Assembly (NCBI GenBank): GCA_028534125.1
Contig: CM052816.1
Location: forward strand, 62,374,001 to 62,438,000
DNA length: 64,000 nt
Reading direction: 5' to 3'
Source of the DNA: Lama glama
Taxonomy: Eukaryota
The stretch's first letter is position 1; each line of letters begins with the position of its first letter. The translations under genes and the position numbers were made by a program. Shown here one piece after another: positions 38,856 through 51,332 of this stretch. The notes beneath the pieces were generated by a model, which was not told the origin of the DNA, searched no databases, and saw only the letters and a program-made list of their open reading frames with translations.

Positions 38856-41800
38856 TTTTTAAAAACATGTTTTTTAAAGGTCCTTAGGCCAGAGATATTG
38901 TAATTTTGAGTATTTACAAGCAAAATTATATAATGTAGAAACATTATATATAATGCAGAAAAAAGAAACAAGAGTGAAAGAATAATAACTATTGAAATTG
39001 ACTGAAGGATACATGAGAATACATTATACCATTCCTCTATTTTGTGTATATTTAAAATTTTTCAAAAGTTTAAAAAAAAACTGAATAATTTTCAGATGAG
39101 ACTCTTCTCCACCTTCTAGTCAGAGACTAAGCCAATACAGACTTCCTTATAATCTCTGTCAGTGGACCATGTTTTTTCTTATCCACTGTTCTACTGGAAA
39201 CGCTGCCCTTCCCAAGTCCTACATTTACTTGGGGGTCTCAGTTTCCAACTCCCTGCCTCATGTGTACCCAAGGCCTTGGTCTTCTGTATAATTACGAGTA
39301 TTAAAACCCAAACTCCTGTATTAATGAGCCTAGCAACCTCACCCTAACAACAAGGGTAGTTTTTAATGTCATGTGTCTACCTGCCAAGTTCTCCCCACCC
39401 TACTTCTTTGTAGCTCCTAAGCTTTCTTTTAATTTATTACAAGTTCACCTATGCATTTACGTGGTTAGGTAATGAAATACTTCTAGAGAAGTTCTAGTAT
39501 TTGTAGCATAGTTTTATCATAACAAGAAGCCTCCCCTTCTGTTAACTACTGCAAGAAAAACTTCTAATTGCAATTATTTAGCCATGTCACCAAGAGTCAT
39601 AGTCAGGATCCTTAGGATTCATTCTGAAAACTTCAGAATCCTGAAGGGAAAGGGCCAAGGGAGGAGGATGTATTAAAGTCAATCGAGGACAAAAGATTCC
39701 TTGCAAGCTCTTTTAAAAAGGTAGAATGAGACAGAATCTCTCTGATAGACCATGGAAAACATATGGGAAGAGGAAGATATTTCATCCCATATACTCTATA
39801 AACAAAAAGCAAATGTTTGACCTCAAAAATTCTAGGCCAGAAATTATGGTTCTAGTCACAAAAGTTTTACTTTTTGAAAATCTGAAGCATTTATCTTCCA
39901 CATCAAAAGAAGAGTCCTTGTAAAAACGCAAAATAAATCATTACTCTCCTGCTCCCTTTAGGTGCTGACCAGGCTGCTGCCCGGGCCCAGCCCCAGCCTA
40001 CTCCACAGCCCAGAAGCCCAGGCTTCTTTCGTCTCCTCCACTCCACTGGCTCACTCCTCCTACTCCCGGCCCTGGGTCCCTGGGAAGCGCACCTCTAGCC
40101 TCCAGGGAATATAGCCATATCCTTCAAGTCTCAGCTTAAATGTCCCTTCCTAGATATGGAGGAGGGGAGGGGTGGCTTCCTTAACCTGTTATTTCCCCCA
40201 ATGACATTTCCAGTTTTCCTTCAGAACATTCATCATGCTTTTAATTATGTGTTCCATGTCGGTGCTCCTTGCTAGTTGCAAACTCCCTGACAGTTTAATC
40301 TACCATAGTCTTAGCACAGTGTTAGGCACTTAGCAGTTGAATGAGTGAATAAGTAAGCAGCACAGGCAAGACAAAAAAATAAGTCGTTCTTCCCTTACTC
40401 TGCTCAAGTCAGGGTACAACTTCCTGGCACCACCAGGGTAAATTTAGCAACCACCACCAAAGGAAGCCGGTCTTTGTAAGATGTTACAGAGACTGACTTT
40501 TCATCCACTTTAGAATATGACTGAATTTCATGATATTGTACGTGGTTTGATGAGTGTATGTCACTGGGTGTATCCACATTAACTATAATCCTCTTTATGA
40601 AGCTATCCATCAGAAAACAGTGCTTTTTTAAAATTAGCAATGTGACAGAAAGTGGTATACTCTCCATATTTTTTAAACTAAAACCTCTACATATAAAACG
40701 TGAATTCAAGGGGTTGTAATTACTTTAAACACTAACTACTATTTTTGAATATAATACTTATTAAATGGCCTTCAATCATCAGGACATTCCTGTGAAGCAG
40801 GGATTATTAACTCCATTTTATAAATGAGGACACTGTGACCTAGAGAAACAAAGTAACTTCTCAAACTATTCCCATCATTTTATGAAGAGGAAGTTCCTAT
40901 TTTCTAGAGTCTTGAGATTTCTAAGGACAAGAGGAGTGAAGTGGACTGAAGTCCTTACAGAGAGTTCAAAGTTGGGATGGGGGAAAGTCATTTACTGGAA
41001 CAGAGGAGGCAACAAGCATCGTAGGCTGCCCTCCTCTACCTGTTGGCAGCTCAGCTGACTAAGAAAAGCAGAAGGTAAGGCATGGAAGCAGTAACTAGCT
41101 CTAAGCATCAAGACCTACACTATCTTGACCAGCTTTTGGGTGACATCAATAATATTCTTCTTTAGCCATCCTAGAAAATAAATCAGAACCCAGTAAGTTA
41201 ACAGAGTCCACAAAAACTGCACACACTCCTCTCTTACCATATGGGTTTTAATGTGTTTTCCTTTTAACATCTGCTTTGCCTTTGCTTACTCCCTCTTTTT
41301 TGGAATTATGGAATCCACATCATGATGTACCCAACTTGCTGTCATTTATTCTCCTGTTCCTATAAGTTTACCACTGTCTGGCAGCAGATGTTTCTGCAGG
41401 CAGCTGTTCTAAACAGCCCTTCAGCATGGATCTCCCTGGAATTCAGTGATGCTTAGATGGTGAACTAAGATGAAGATTTGGTTTATGATCCTAAAAGAGC
41501 CATGCTGTACTAGTTGTTTCTTCTGTCTTCCCATTGAGTGAGGCTCTTAGAGGCACCTGAAATATGCACGGGTTAGCTTGCCTTCTTTAAATTTTTCCAG
41601 ATATCTGACAGTTACCTTCCTACATTCTGAACAGCTACTCATGACTCTCAGTAAATCCAATATCCATACTTTCACAACAAAACTCTTAATGGTGATTAGT
41701 AAGATCCCCTAATAAAATTGATTCAATTAGTGAAATTTCTTTAAAGTTCAATTTTTTTTAGAATAACATTATTTAAGAAAGCAGCCATTGCATTTTGCCC

Positions 41801-42939
41801 TTCATACATCTTACAAGAAAAAGCAAAATATCAACCTGATAAAAGCAATGAAGGAATTAAATATTTCACTATTTGCAGAACCCTGGAAGCACAAATTGAG
41901 CACAAGGGATGTAAAACACCATATTCATGTGACTAATACATATCAAGTCTTTGAAATTTACGTTACATTATAATTCCTTTCAGTAGTCTTCCTTTGTTCC
42001 AGTATTTCAGAGGTTTCAGTATAGATTCCTTTATTTCTTTTTCTTTCTATACATTCCATCATGGGGGAATCTGCCTTGACTTGGTGTTAAAAAGATGAGG
42101 TAAAGAAACTACTCATGGTCACTTTTCTGCCCACCTGCTCAGATCTATGGTAGCAGAGCTTGCTGATACACAAAGCACTCAGTCCGGTTTCCCTACCTCT
42201 AACAAGGCTTCACCACCTGGCTCTGTTCTATACTCTGTTCTTCAGAGGGGACATGTGGCACTACCCTTTATTGTTCTGTTTCCCTGGGAGAGGAACTGAC
42301 ATGACCCATGAAAACAACTGTGCCTGCAATTGTGGCTATGTATTATCACCAGGGTTCTCTGTGTCTCCGTCTCCAGGTGCTCTATAGCATCCACCACAAA
42401 CCCCCTACATTCTGCCTAGTGGCTTCTTGGAATTTGCTGGGAAGACAGAAAGTTGAATTCCCTAAATTTATCGGGCAGTCTGTATCAAAAGGCAAGGGTT
42501 GGGGAGGGATATGCAGGGGCTGATGTAGAGAAATTTCAACCAAGGACAATGTGTTTCTTAATTAAAGTCACTTCCTCCCAGTTTTGGCATTTTAAGAGTT
42601 TTCTGGTTTTTGGTTTTGCGATGAGTTTTCAGTTTATTCTACACTTTCATAGGAACTTAAAGAAAAATGAGAAAAAGTTACACAAGAAGCTGCTATTTAG
42701 ATGCTTTTTTGAACTGGGAAACCTTTTTACCCAAATTATTAAAGATTAATAATTTTATGTATATTCCAGTCATAAACTGTGTGGCATGTTTATTTCTTCA
42801 TTTATTTGTACCCTACCTTATCTAGAATGAATTTATGAAAGTTAAGACAGAAAGCTGCAAATCTTAGGAAGACCAAGGTTGTGAGGACATGTTGAATCAT
42901 AAAATTATGTCAATATACAGAGAAAAATACTGATAGATT

Positions 42940-44020
42940 AAAATACTGATATCTTTTAAAACTTTGGTACTAAAAATACAAACAAAATTATGGGACAGCC
43001 TACAGACAAGAAAAATAAATTTATAAATATAAGCAAATGGTTAATATCTATAATTAATTCTAAAATACAAATTTTTAAAAGATAAATCTCCAACAGAAAA
43101 CTTAATAATGAATATAAGAAGCACAATTCCCAGACGAGAAAACCTGAATGTCCAATAATCATATGAAAGTACTTTACTTCACCAGAAATCAGGAAAATAA
43201 AAATTAAAATAAGATACCATTTTGCACCCATCATATTGGGAAAAAGTTTAAAGTCTGACAATACCAAGTATAAAACATGAAGCAACAACAAGAATCTCAT
43301 AAACCACTATTGGGAAGTATAACTAGGCACAACTATCTTGGAAAGCAATTTGGCAAGATCTAGTGAGATAGAACATGTCTCTGCAGATCTGCAATTCTAC
43401 TTCTAGGTTTGTACGTGCATAAGGAAATATTGTATCATACAGGAATGTTCATTTTAGCAACATTTTGCAGCAGCAGCATAAAGCTGGAAACAACCCAAGT
43501 TTCATCAGTAGATTTTTGACAAATAAAATTTTGCTAATTGATACAATGGAATACTATATAGCTATAGAAGTTCATAAACTAAAGCTACATGTGTATAGAA
43601 AAAATTCCAAAGTATGTTAAACAAGGAAAAAAAGCTGCAGAAATATACATGTTAAGGAAATGAAACACACAGCATAGTAATAGTTACAAAAAAATTTACA
43701 GCTGTGCAACGATGTTATAGTTTGTTTTCTGATACATGCATATGTAGCAAAAGTACAAAAACATGAATGGGAATGACAGACACCAAATTTAGGATAATGG
43801 TAACCTCTAGCAAGGAGTCTAAGGGGACTTAAATTTTATCTGTAATGTGTTTTTTTCTTTAAAAATCAGAAAAAAAGTAAAATAAGGTTTATTATACATT
43901 ATTTTTATATATATTTATTATATATTATATATTTATAAGGTTACATGGTGGGAACATGGGTATTCATTATATTATTTTCTATACTGTATACTTGAAATGT
44001 TTCATATATACTTTAAAATT
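42940..44020 (+). mobile_element. L1ME-like 3' region
   Basis: aagataccattttgcacccatca...ttggaaagcaatttggcaagatctagt...tggaatactatatagct. Confidence 0.75.
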
Positions 44021-44219
44021 TTAAATGTTTTCACCTTAATAATATGGAAACCACACACTTTGGATCCTGTATCATAAGCACTTCTCAAAGTGAACAATCT
44101 AAAATATTTAAGAGAGTAAAAGAGTAATTAAAGCAGCATTAGATTCCCATTTGAGCTTAATTACTAAAAGAGTGCTATATATATATGGAGAAGGACTACA
44201 ACCAAAATGATTACCTGTG

Positions 44220-44355
44220 GTGGTGGTTCTCACATTTGCGCATCTGAAATACCTGAAAGCTTTTTAAAAGAACAGATGCTCAAGCTTTATCTTAAACCTG
44301 CTTGAATCAAAATACCTGCAATGAGAACCACATACACCAAGACTGAAAACCACTG
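44220..44355. mobile_element. MER5-like MITE
   Basis: gtggttctcaca...gcatctgaaatacctg...tgaatcaaaatacctg...tgaaaaccactg. Confidence 0.6.
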
Positions 44356-44714
44356 ATCTATGAAAAAGGCACAAAGAGAAAAATGAGCAAGCCTCAATGA
44401 TTCAGATAAATCATGTTGGAATGGTGAAAGGACAGTTTTCTGAACAGCCACGCAAACAGTTCTACATACACACATAAAATACAAAAAAAAAAAAAGAAAT
44501 CATTGAGAAGATATGCTTAACAATACCACAACAGCTAACACCACAAAAGAGGGATAGTGGTTCTTATGAAATGTGTCAATCATAAAATAAAGCGTCCTTG
44601 GATGTTACTAACTGAATTAAACTAGAAATAGGTCTGCCTTTTATGAAAATAAAAACATTATAAAAGACTTATATAACTGTAACTGAAACACTCTCTAGCT
44701 GATATGATTACAGC

Positions 44715-45150
44715 ATTGGGTATTCTTTGTCCTCCCCCGCCCCCTCTCCAGATGTACTTTTCACCTTCTCTATTTTGCCCTAATTCCCAGGATGCTGACT
44801 TTTGACCTGAGACAAGAGGGCCCCCTAACCTTCTGGATTTCAGTGGGTTTGCCAATGGGAAACACCAGGAGGAAATCAGAGGGCTAGAGGTGGGTAAAAC
44901 TGCCATCCCCGCCAGTCACAGAAAGGCCAGAGCTCTAGCCAGGCAGCCTTCCCCACAGCCACCCTCTCTGGGTTTGTCATGATCGCATTCTCTCACCCTT
45001 CAGGCCTACGGATGATAATGGTTCCCACTATTGTCAGTTCTGAGATGTTTCACCACTGGTGGTTTATTTTAACCCAGGCACTTTTAAAAATACACTCAAT
45101 TACCCCATTTGAGCCTGCTACTTATTTTCTACTAAAATGCTGACATATAA
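44715..45150 (+). mobile_element. LTR41-like ERVL LTR
   Basis: gggtttgccaatgggaaacaccaggaggaaatcagagggc...cttcaggcctacggatgataatggttcccactattg. Confidence 0.7.
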
Positions 45151-47554
45151 TTATGAAGCATGAAGACATTTTACTCTAGTCTCTAAGTAGAATTTCTTTT
45201 ACAGATCTAACCTTACAAGCTGAATATGTCCAAGTAGTATCCAGAGTTACAAGTGCCGTATATAATTCAGAAAAATATATATTTAAAGTCTGACCTGAAC
45301 CTTTGAGGGAAAAAAAATCTAGATGGAAAACAAGTTCAAGGCCAAAATAAAAGAAATAATCAAAAACAGAGGGTAATTAATAGAACAATACAGTAAACTA
45401 AAAACAAGAACTAAGGAGTCAGGGAAGGCTTTCCAGAAAAAAAAAAAAAAGTGGTATTTCAGCTGGTTCTTAAAGGACAGAGAGAATTCTGATAGCATTA
45501 GCAAGCAGAAAGGAATGAGCATCTTGGGCAAGGAAAATGATATAAACCAACATACTAAGTTGTGAAAGGGTATGGTTGTTGGCTGAGCAAAAAGTGTAAC
45601 TCCGGACTAGAGCAGAGCAAGTTTTATTAAGAACTCTACAGCCTTAGCTACTAAGTCAGACAGCTGAAGCTATACAAATGTTAATTACACAGTTTATGTA
45701 TCTTCCAGGAGACTCATGGTCTGAGAAGGAATGTGAGCAGAATATGGCTAGAAAAATACACCTTAGTTTTAACTTTTATCTCTATTAAATAAACTTTAAG
45801 AAGACAGTCCCCAGTTTACTCATTATATCATGGATCCACATGTCTATACTACTTATTCCATGCTGCCTAAATTGATGCTTATACTTCAATTCTGGACCCT
45901 TGGATAAATTTTTTCGATAGGTTTCTGAATAGGTCAGGTGATTCTCAATCAGAATAAGCCACATGTTTATCTCAGCAATTTCATGAAGGATGTTTTTAAG
46001 TTGGTTTTAAAATCTGTGCAAATGATCTACTGGCTTATTTCTAAGGTTTTCCACCTGTCAAACCATCAGTGAACTAATCAGGTAAAGATACTACAGAAGG
46101 TGAAGGCAGTTCTATTAGTAATAAAATAACCTCTAATATTTCTGCTTACTACAGAGAAATGTATCAGAAAAAAAACAGCGCCAATGTCCTCAGATAGATT
46201 TTTGTAAAAGACTCACCATTCACATTATTTCCTCAAACATTTTCTTAACTCAAGGAAAGCAATAAAACATCTTGCTAATTATGTGTTTAATGTTTACTGT
46301 ATCAAAGATACTTAGTTCTGGTTAATATATTATTTTTGTAACATTCTTGCATACCAGGGCCAAAAGAAGATATTTTAATGTGAGCATTTTTATATCCCCA
46401 TTTTATTGGGGACTGACTACTTACTGGGGCTGTTATGATGCAAGGAATTTTGACAAGACCTTAAAAATGAACTATTAACCTTCCAAATGGAAAAAAAATG
46501 ATGTTACACATGAAACAGTTATACCCATCCCTTCCCTGTCCCTTCTTCCAATCTGAACCAACTACTCTCTGCCCAAAGATGGCAATCAAGAATGAAGTAA
46601 GGTCAGAGATTTAGAGTGAGGATCAAAGGCAAGGTACAATTCATGAATGGGGTGATATGGGCATGGACCATTACCTGGGAGACAAATCCTGTATATAACT
46701 AGAAGATAATGTTTACTATCACACTTGCACATCTTAGAAAGGGCCATGCTAGGGGAAAACTTCTGCTTGTCAGCTGATAATTTACTTGTCACTTCAATAA
46801 TCTGCATCTGAAAATGTGTGATTTCTCTCAAAGGTACCATTTACTCCCAGTTAAAAAGTGAGACCCGGTTGCTAAATAATGGAACTTTTTTCCATTTAAA
46901 TATCAAAAGGATATTATCCCTTCTTTTTATATGCTCCTTACTATGTATTTATTATGCAGTGGAATGGAGTATAGTTGCAACCACAATATTATTCCTGTTC
47001 TGAAGCTACTGACTCTGCACATAAAATTTCCTACTTCTGTTTCCTCAGAAAATGATTTCATATGTTTATCATAAAACTCATAAAACAGTTATAACAGACT
47101 TCTGACACTTATATGATATATAATAGTTATAACATTTTCAAACAACCCAGAAATGAAGAAAATGAATGTATCTGGTTAATTGGTGTGATCAAGAAAATCT
47201 ATCGCACACACAACTTGCCAATGTTTTTTTTTTAAACAGCAGTTTCACTTTGTGATGAAGCCATTCCTGATCCAGCTGTATTACATTCAAACCACACAAT
47301 GTGGAGCCGAATTTTATGACTCTAAATTATTATAAAGATTTATACTCGCATTTATGTGAAGTTCAAATTTTTATATGAAATATAGCCCCAACTTAATACT
47401 GTTCCAGGATAATTATGTGATTTATTTAATGTATTCTACTCGAAATAAACACCTGATAGGTTACAACACGAATTATTAGTTTCAAAATTTTAACAGGATA
47501 CAAATGTACACATAGATATAAATATGTGTATAAATATCTACAAACCTACAAGTA

Positions 47555-47960
47555 TGCAGTGCCCATTTCAGAGTAGTCACTCTGAGAAGGGTGCAAGCTT
47601 ATTCTAATGTCATCATTACTTAAAACTGTATTTAAAGCACCCTTTTGAAATAGCCTTCATGATAATCATCTAAATAGCCTTAATAGTAATAAGATCTTGA
47701 AGGTAGAGCTGAGTTTTGCAACCATGCAGAAATCATTCTGCCAAGTTTAGCAAATTAGTGTTCAAACTGAATTACAGTTTTTGATTACAAAAATACAAAC
47801 TAAAAACCAAATGCTTATTAAAGTGATTCTAAAATCATGTTTTTAAGTTGCTTGTAAATTGACTAAATTTTTTTTAAAGATTCAAAATAATTATGAATAG
47901 CAGGAGCACTTCCGGAATAAGCATTTAGCCTCCTAAAGTGACTACCTGGAATGACCACTC
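47555..47960. mobile_element. MARNA-like Mariner relic
   Basis: ttcagagtagtcactctgagaagg...cttattctaatg...ttttgaaatagccttca. Confidence 0.5.
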
Positions 47961-49129
47961 TAAAAACAAAATGACAGTAATATGTTTGGGGGAAGAGGCA
48001 GTGTTTCATGCTCCCATACACTTTGAAGTCACTAAGTAGCTTTCTTCCAAAAATATTTTCCAGACATGACTTCATTAATTCTCCAAATATCCCTTAAGAA
48101 AGAAAGGACAGATTAACCTTTTTTTTCCACCCCCTAGTGGGCTGAGTGGAGATGGTGTAAGGGAAAGAGAATTACAAGTGTTTATTCCATAAGTCAGTAA
48201 TTAAGTCTAGGTATACTGTGCCCTAAAATGTGTGCTATATAGTCAGCAAAATTTAACCTAATTTTTTAGCTTTATTCTGCTTGATAAAAAGGCATTATAT
48301 GAGGCAACTGTGTCATAAAACACTACAGAGGTCTATTAAAATGATTATTAATTCACTGCATACTTGCCTGGAAGAATTCTTGCTTGATGTACGGGACTTA
48401 ATTTATTAAAGAAGCTGGTGTCTATTCTCAGATACACTCATAAAAGTTCTAGTTAAAAATCTATTTTACCAAAGGAAAAAAAAGCCTATTTTTTAAAGAC
48501 TCTTTTCCTTGAACTTCAGAAGGAAAAAAAAATCTTCACTTTGAAAAACCAAATACATAAATAAAACAGAGGAAGAAAAATCAGGCAATAAAAGAGCTAT
48601 TGGCAAAATCATTTAAGAGCACATCCTAGGGAAACTGGTAAATTGTTGATGGCTCTGGAGAGAAAGCACAACATAATATGCACATGATTACAAGTTAATT
48701 TTCACTTGAAATTATTAAAATGATTATTCTTCTAAATTTTTAATTCTTTTGTATGAAAAAAATGGAACTTGTTGCTCAGGCATACCACCACCATTCCACT
48801 TACTCATTAAATAAACATTTAGGGTCTCTGGTATCATAATCACTAGGTATATCTGGGCTCCCAGTGGCACCATATTTATATAGGAGATTAAAGATTTGAC
48901 AGATGAAAGGCGAAATAAAAACTAGCCCTTAATGTGATTCCAGTGATCCTATTCAACAAATGGAATGATTCTGGTCCTTTAAGTATCATTTTTAGGGGTT
49001 CTATTCCAGGAGTACGAAAGGACTCGACTCTTTTCAAAGAAACGTTTCAGTAACTGAGTAAATAAAAACACGCGTATTACATGGGCACTCTGGGTTCTAG
49101 ATTTTGTTAGAGGTGAGTGACTGCACTGA

Positions 49130-49395
49130 GGACAACTCTTAGACAAGTTCTAATCATAGCTGCTACAAGGGCTGACTACTTGTGACAAAATCACTCTTCC
49201 CCGTGTGTACCTTGGCTGTCTGGTCTATAAAATGGGTAGTTCAATAGTAACCTGCCTACACAATACTCCTTTGAAGTTCACTAATGAATGCTTTCCCAGG
49301 TGCACTTAAAACTATTAAATGCTACAAATATACTGAGTACGATCTCGAAAAGCACACGGTAATATATGTCAGTGCTCATTACGGCAGTAATAATA
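49130..49395 (+). mobile_element. MIR
   Basis: ctataaaatgggtagttcaatagtaacctgcct...aatatatgtcagtgctcatta. Confidence 0.55.
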
Positions 49396-49995
49396 ACCCC
49401 CCTCCTCCGACCCTAAGGACCCTCTCCCCACCCCCACCCGGCTTTTCAGACCTTACCCGTGACTTCTGCCTAACAACCAGCAAGTCCAAACACTCCGGAC
49501 CCAGAGCTGCAACAAAAGCAGCTGAAACGCCGATACCAAAATGGACCAGACAAAAGAAAGTGTGGGAACCGGCGGCGGACCGGGGTGTGTGCGGCCCTCC
49601 CCACAAGCTCTGAGAGAGACCGGACGCACCTCCTCAACTCCCAGACGGAGGGCCGCCAGCCCCGGCCACGCGGCGCCCCCGCCGGCGCCGCCCGCCGCAC
49701 GCCCCCAGGCCGCCGGCGCCGCCCAGTGTAATTCCACCCTCGCCCGGGTCGCGCCCCGAGGCCGGCGGCCGCCGCCGCCGCCGCCGGCCTCAGGTGCGAA
49801 AGTTAAACCGGCGCTGCAGCACCTGAGGCCGGGGCGGGGAGCGGCTGGGCAGCCCGGGCAACCCGGGCAGCCCGCGGCGCGCCCACCGTCGCGCGAGCCT
49901 GGGGCCGAGCCGCCGCGGCCGGGCAGGGCCGGCCCCACGGCAGAGCCCTCGGACGGCCGCGCCCCGCCGGGCCCCGAGCCGCCGCCGGCACTCAC

Positions 49996-50250
49996 CTGCG
50001 ACCGCGTCCGGGAGCCTCCCGCTCCGTGCCCCGTCCCGGGGCGCCCGGCCGCCCGCAGCCCGCGGCTCTGAGGACTCGCGGCGGCGGCGGTGCCGGTTCG
50101 GCGAGACGGGAAGCGACAGGAGCCAAACCCCGCGGAAAGCGCTCGAGCCGCGCCGGCAGCCCGGAGCCGGCGGCCTGGGTCTCCGCGCCCGGGCGCTCCC
50201 CACCGCCTCCCGCTCTGCGCACCCACCGCTGCGGTTCCGGCCCGAGCCGC
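49996..50250 (-). other. RNF180: RNF180 non-coding exon 1 (5' end approximate)
   Basis: Lies inside the CpG island just downstream of GC boxes. It has a strong donor CAG|GTGAGT at 49995-49990 and no ATG on the minus strand. Confidence 0.75.
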
Positions 50251-50261
50251 GCGTGGGCGGC

Positions 50262-50310
50262 GCCCCGCCCCGCCCCCGAGCAGCCCCGCCCCGCCCCCGA
50301 GCAGCCCCGC
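50262..50310. repeat. 21-bp tandem repeat (gccccgccccgcccccgagca x2.3) made of GC boxes
   Basis: Exact copies at 50262-50282 and 50283-50303, plus a partial third copy. Confidence 0.9.
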
Positions 50311-51039
50311 ACGCGGCACCCGCCGCGCAGGCCCGGCCGGACCGTGGGAAAGTTGTTCGCTGGTCGTCCCTTTACTGGAGAAGCAGAACTTGTCAGTCCC
50401 TTCGTCTTCCTCCCGTGGCCTCACCCAGCCCCTCCGGTAGTTCTGAGCTCCGAACCCACCTGCTGGGCTCATTACCTGCTCAAATCAATTGGCGTCCCAT
50501 GACCCACCTCCAAGCCTAGAATCTTCTAAGGCAGCACCAGTGCCTGAGTTTACTTTTCCCTTTTGATGTCACTGTCCTTGTTGCTTATCTTCTTGTGCCT
50601 AAGGTTCCATCTAAGTGCAACTGAGTTAACCACTAAGGGGTTCTGGAGCGCACTGTTGACAAATTATAGTTGGTAGGTGAGTTGAAAACCAGAGGTAAAT
50701 CAAAAGTGCTTATTCAGGGAGCTGGGAGGCACCTCCAAGTAAATGTGGACTTGTCAGTACGTTGCTGGGCTCACAGCAATGAAAACAGGTGATCAAAATG
50801 CTGGAAATAAGGTCAGGAGTATTTAAAAAGCACGTTTTATTAATTGGCTTGAGAAAGGGAAAGGAAGCTGGGTGGGAGATCTCAAAAGACTGTACAGCTT
50901 TCTCTGTTAGATATAGAAATTTCTACTTGCCTGAAGTGGCTTATTTGAAGTTTTGTCCCAAGCTTAAAGCTGTATGCAATGATTTCCCACCCGAAAATTC
51001 TATGAAATCAGTAACAATAACACGAAAACTACAGACCTT

Positions 51040-51332
51040 GTGACAGTTAATACAAAAATCCACAACAAAATACTAGCAGACCAAATCCAGCAACATAAAA
51101 AAGCATTTTACAACATGACCAAGAGGGATTTAGCTAAGAAATGCAATGTTGGTTTAACATTTTAAAAATTAATGTAATATACTCTCTTAATAAAATAAAG
51201 GATAAAACCCACAGGATTGTCTCAATAGATGAAGAAAAACCACTTGACAAATCTAGCAATTTTCATGATTAAAAACACTCAACAAACAAGGAGTGAAAGA
51301 GAATCCTCTCAACCTGCTAAAGGACATCTACA
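51040..51332 (+). mobile_element. L1 ORF2 (RT) fragment
   Basis: caacaaaatactagcagaccaaatccagcaacat...tctcaatagatgaagaaaaa...ctcaacctgctaaaggacatctac. Confidence 0.85.

Larger units (their letters stand above)
49560..50470. promoter_or_regulatory. CpG island / RNF180 promoter
   Basis: Abrupt switch to very GC- and CpG-rich sequence within an AT-rich background. It contains GCC runs and several GGGGCGGGG (Sp/KLF) boxes. Confidence 0.92.

Noticed and set aside
40404..40709. 101-aa minus-strand ORF in intron 1
   Set aside because: The start is non-ATG, there is no recognisable homology, and the length is within chance expectation.
48125..48141. CTCF-like CCACTAGGGGGTGG on the minus strand
   Set aside because: It has a mismatch at the highly conserved core C and no other support.
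49284..50519. Many long overlapping ORFs on both strands in the CpG island
   Set aside because: They are low-complexity Pro/Ala/Arg/Gly translations expected from stop-poor GC-rich DNA, with no recognisable domain.
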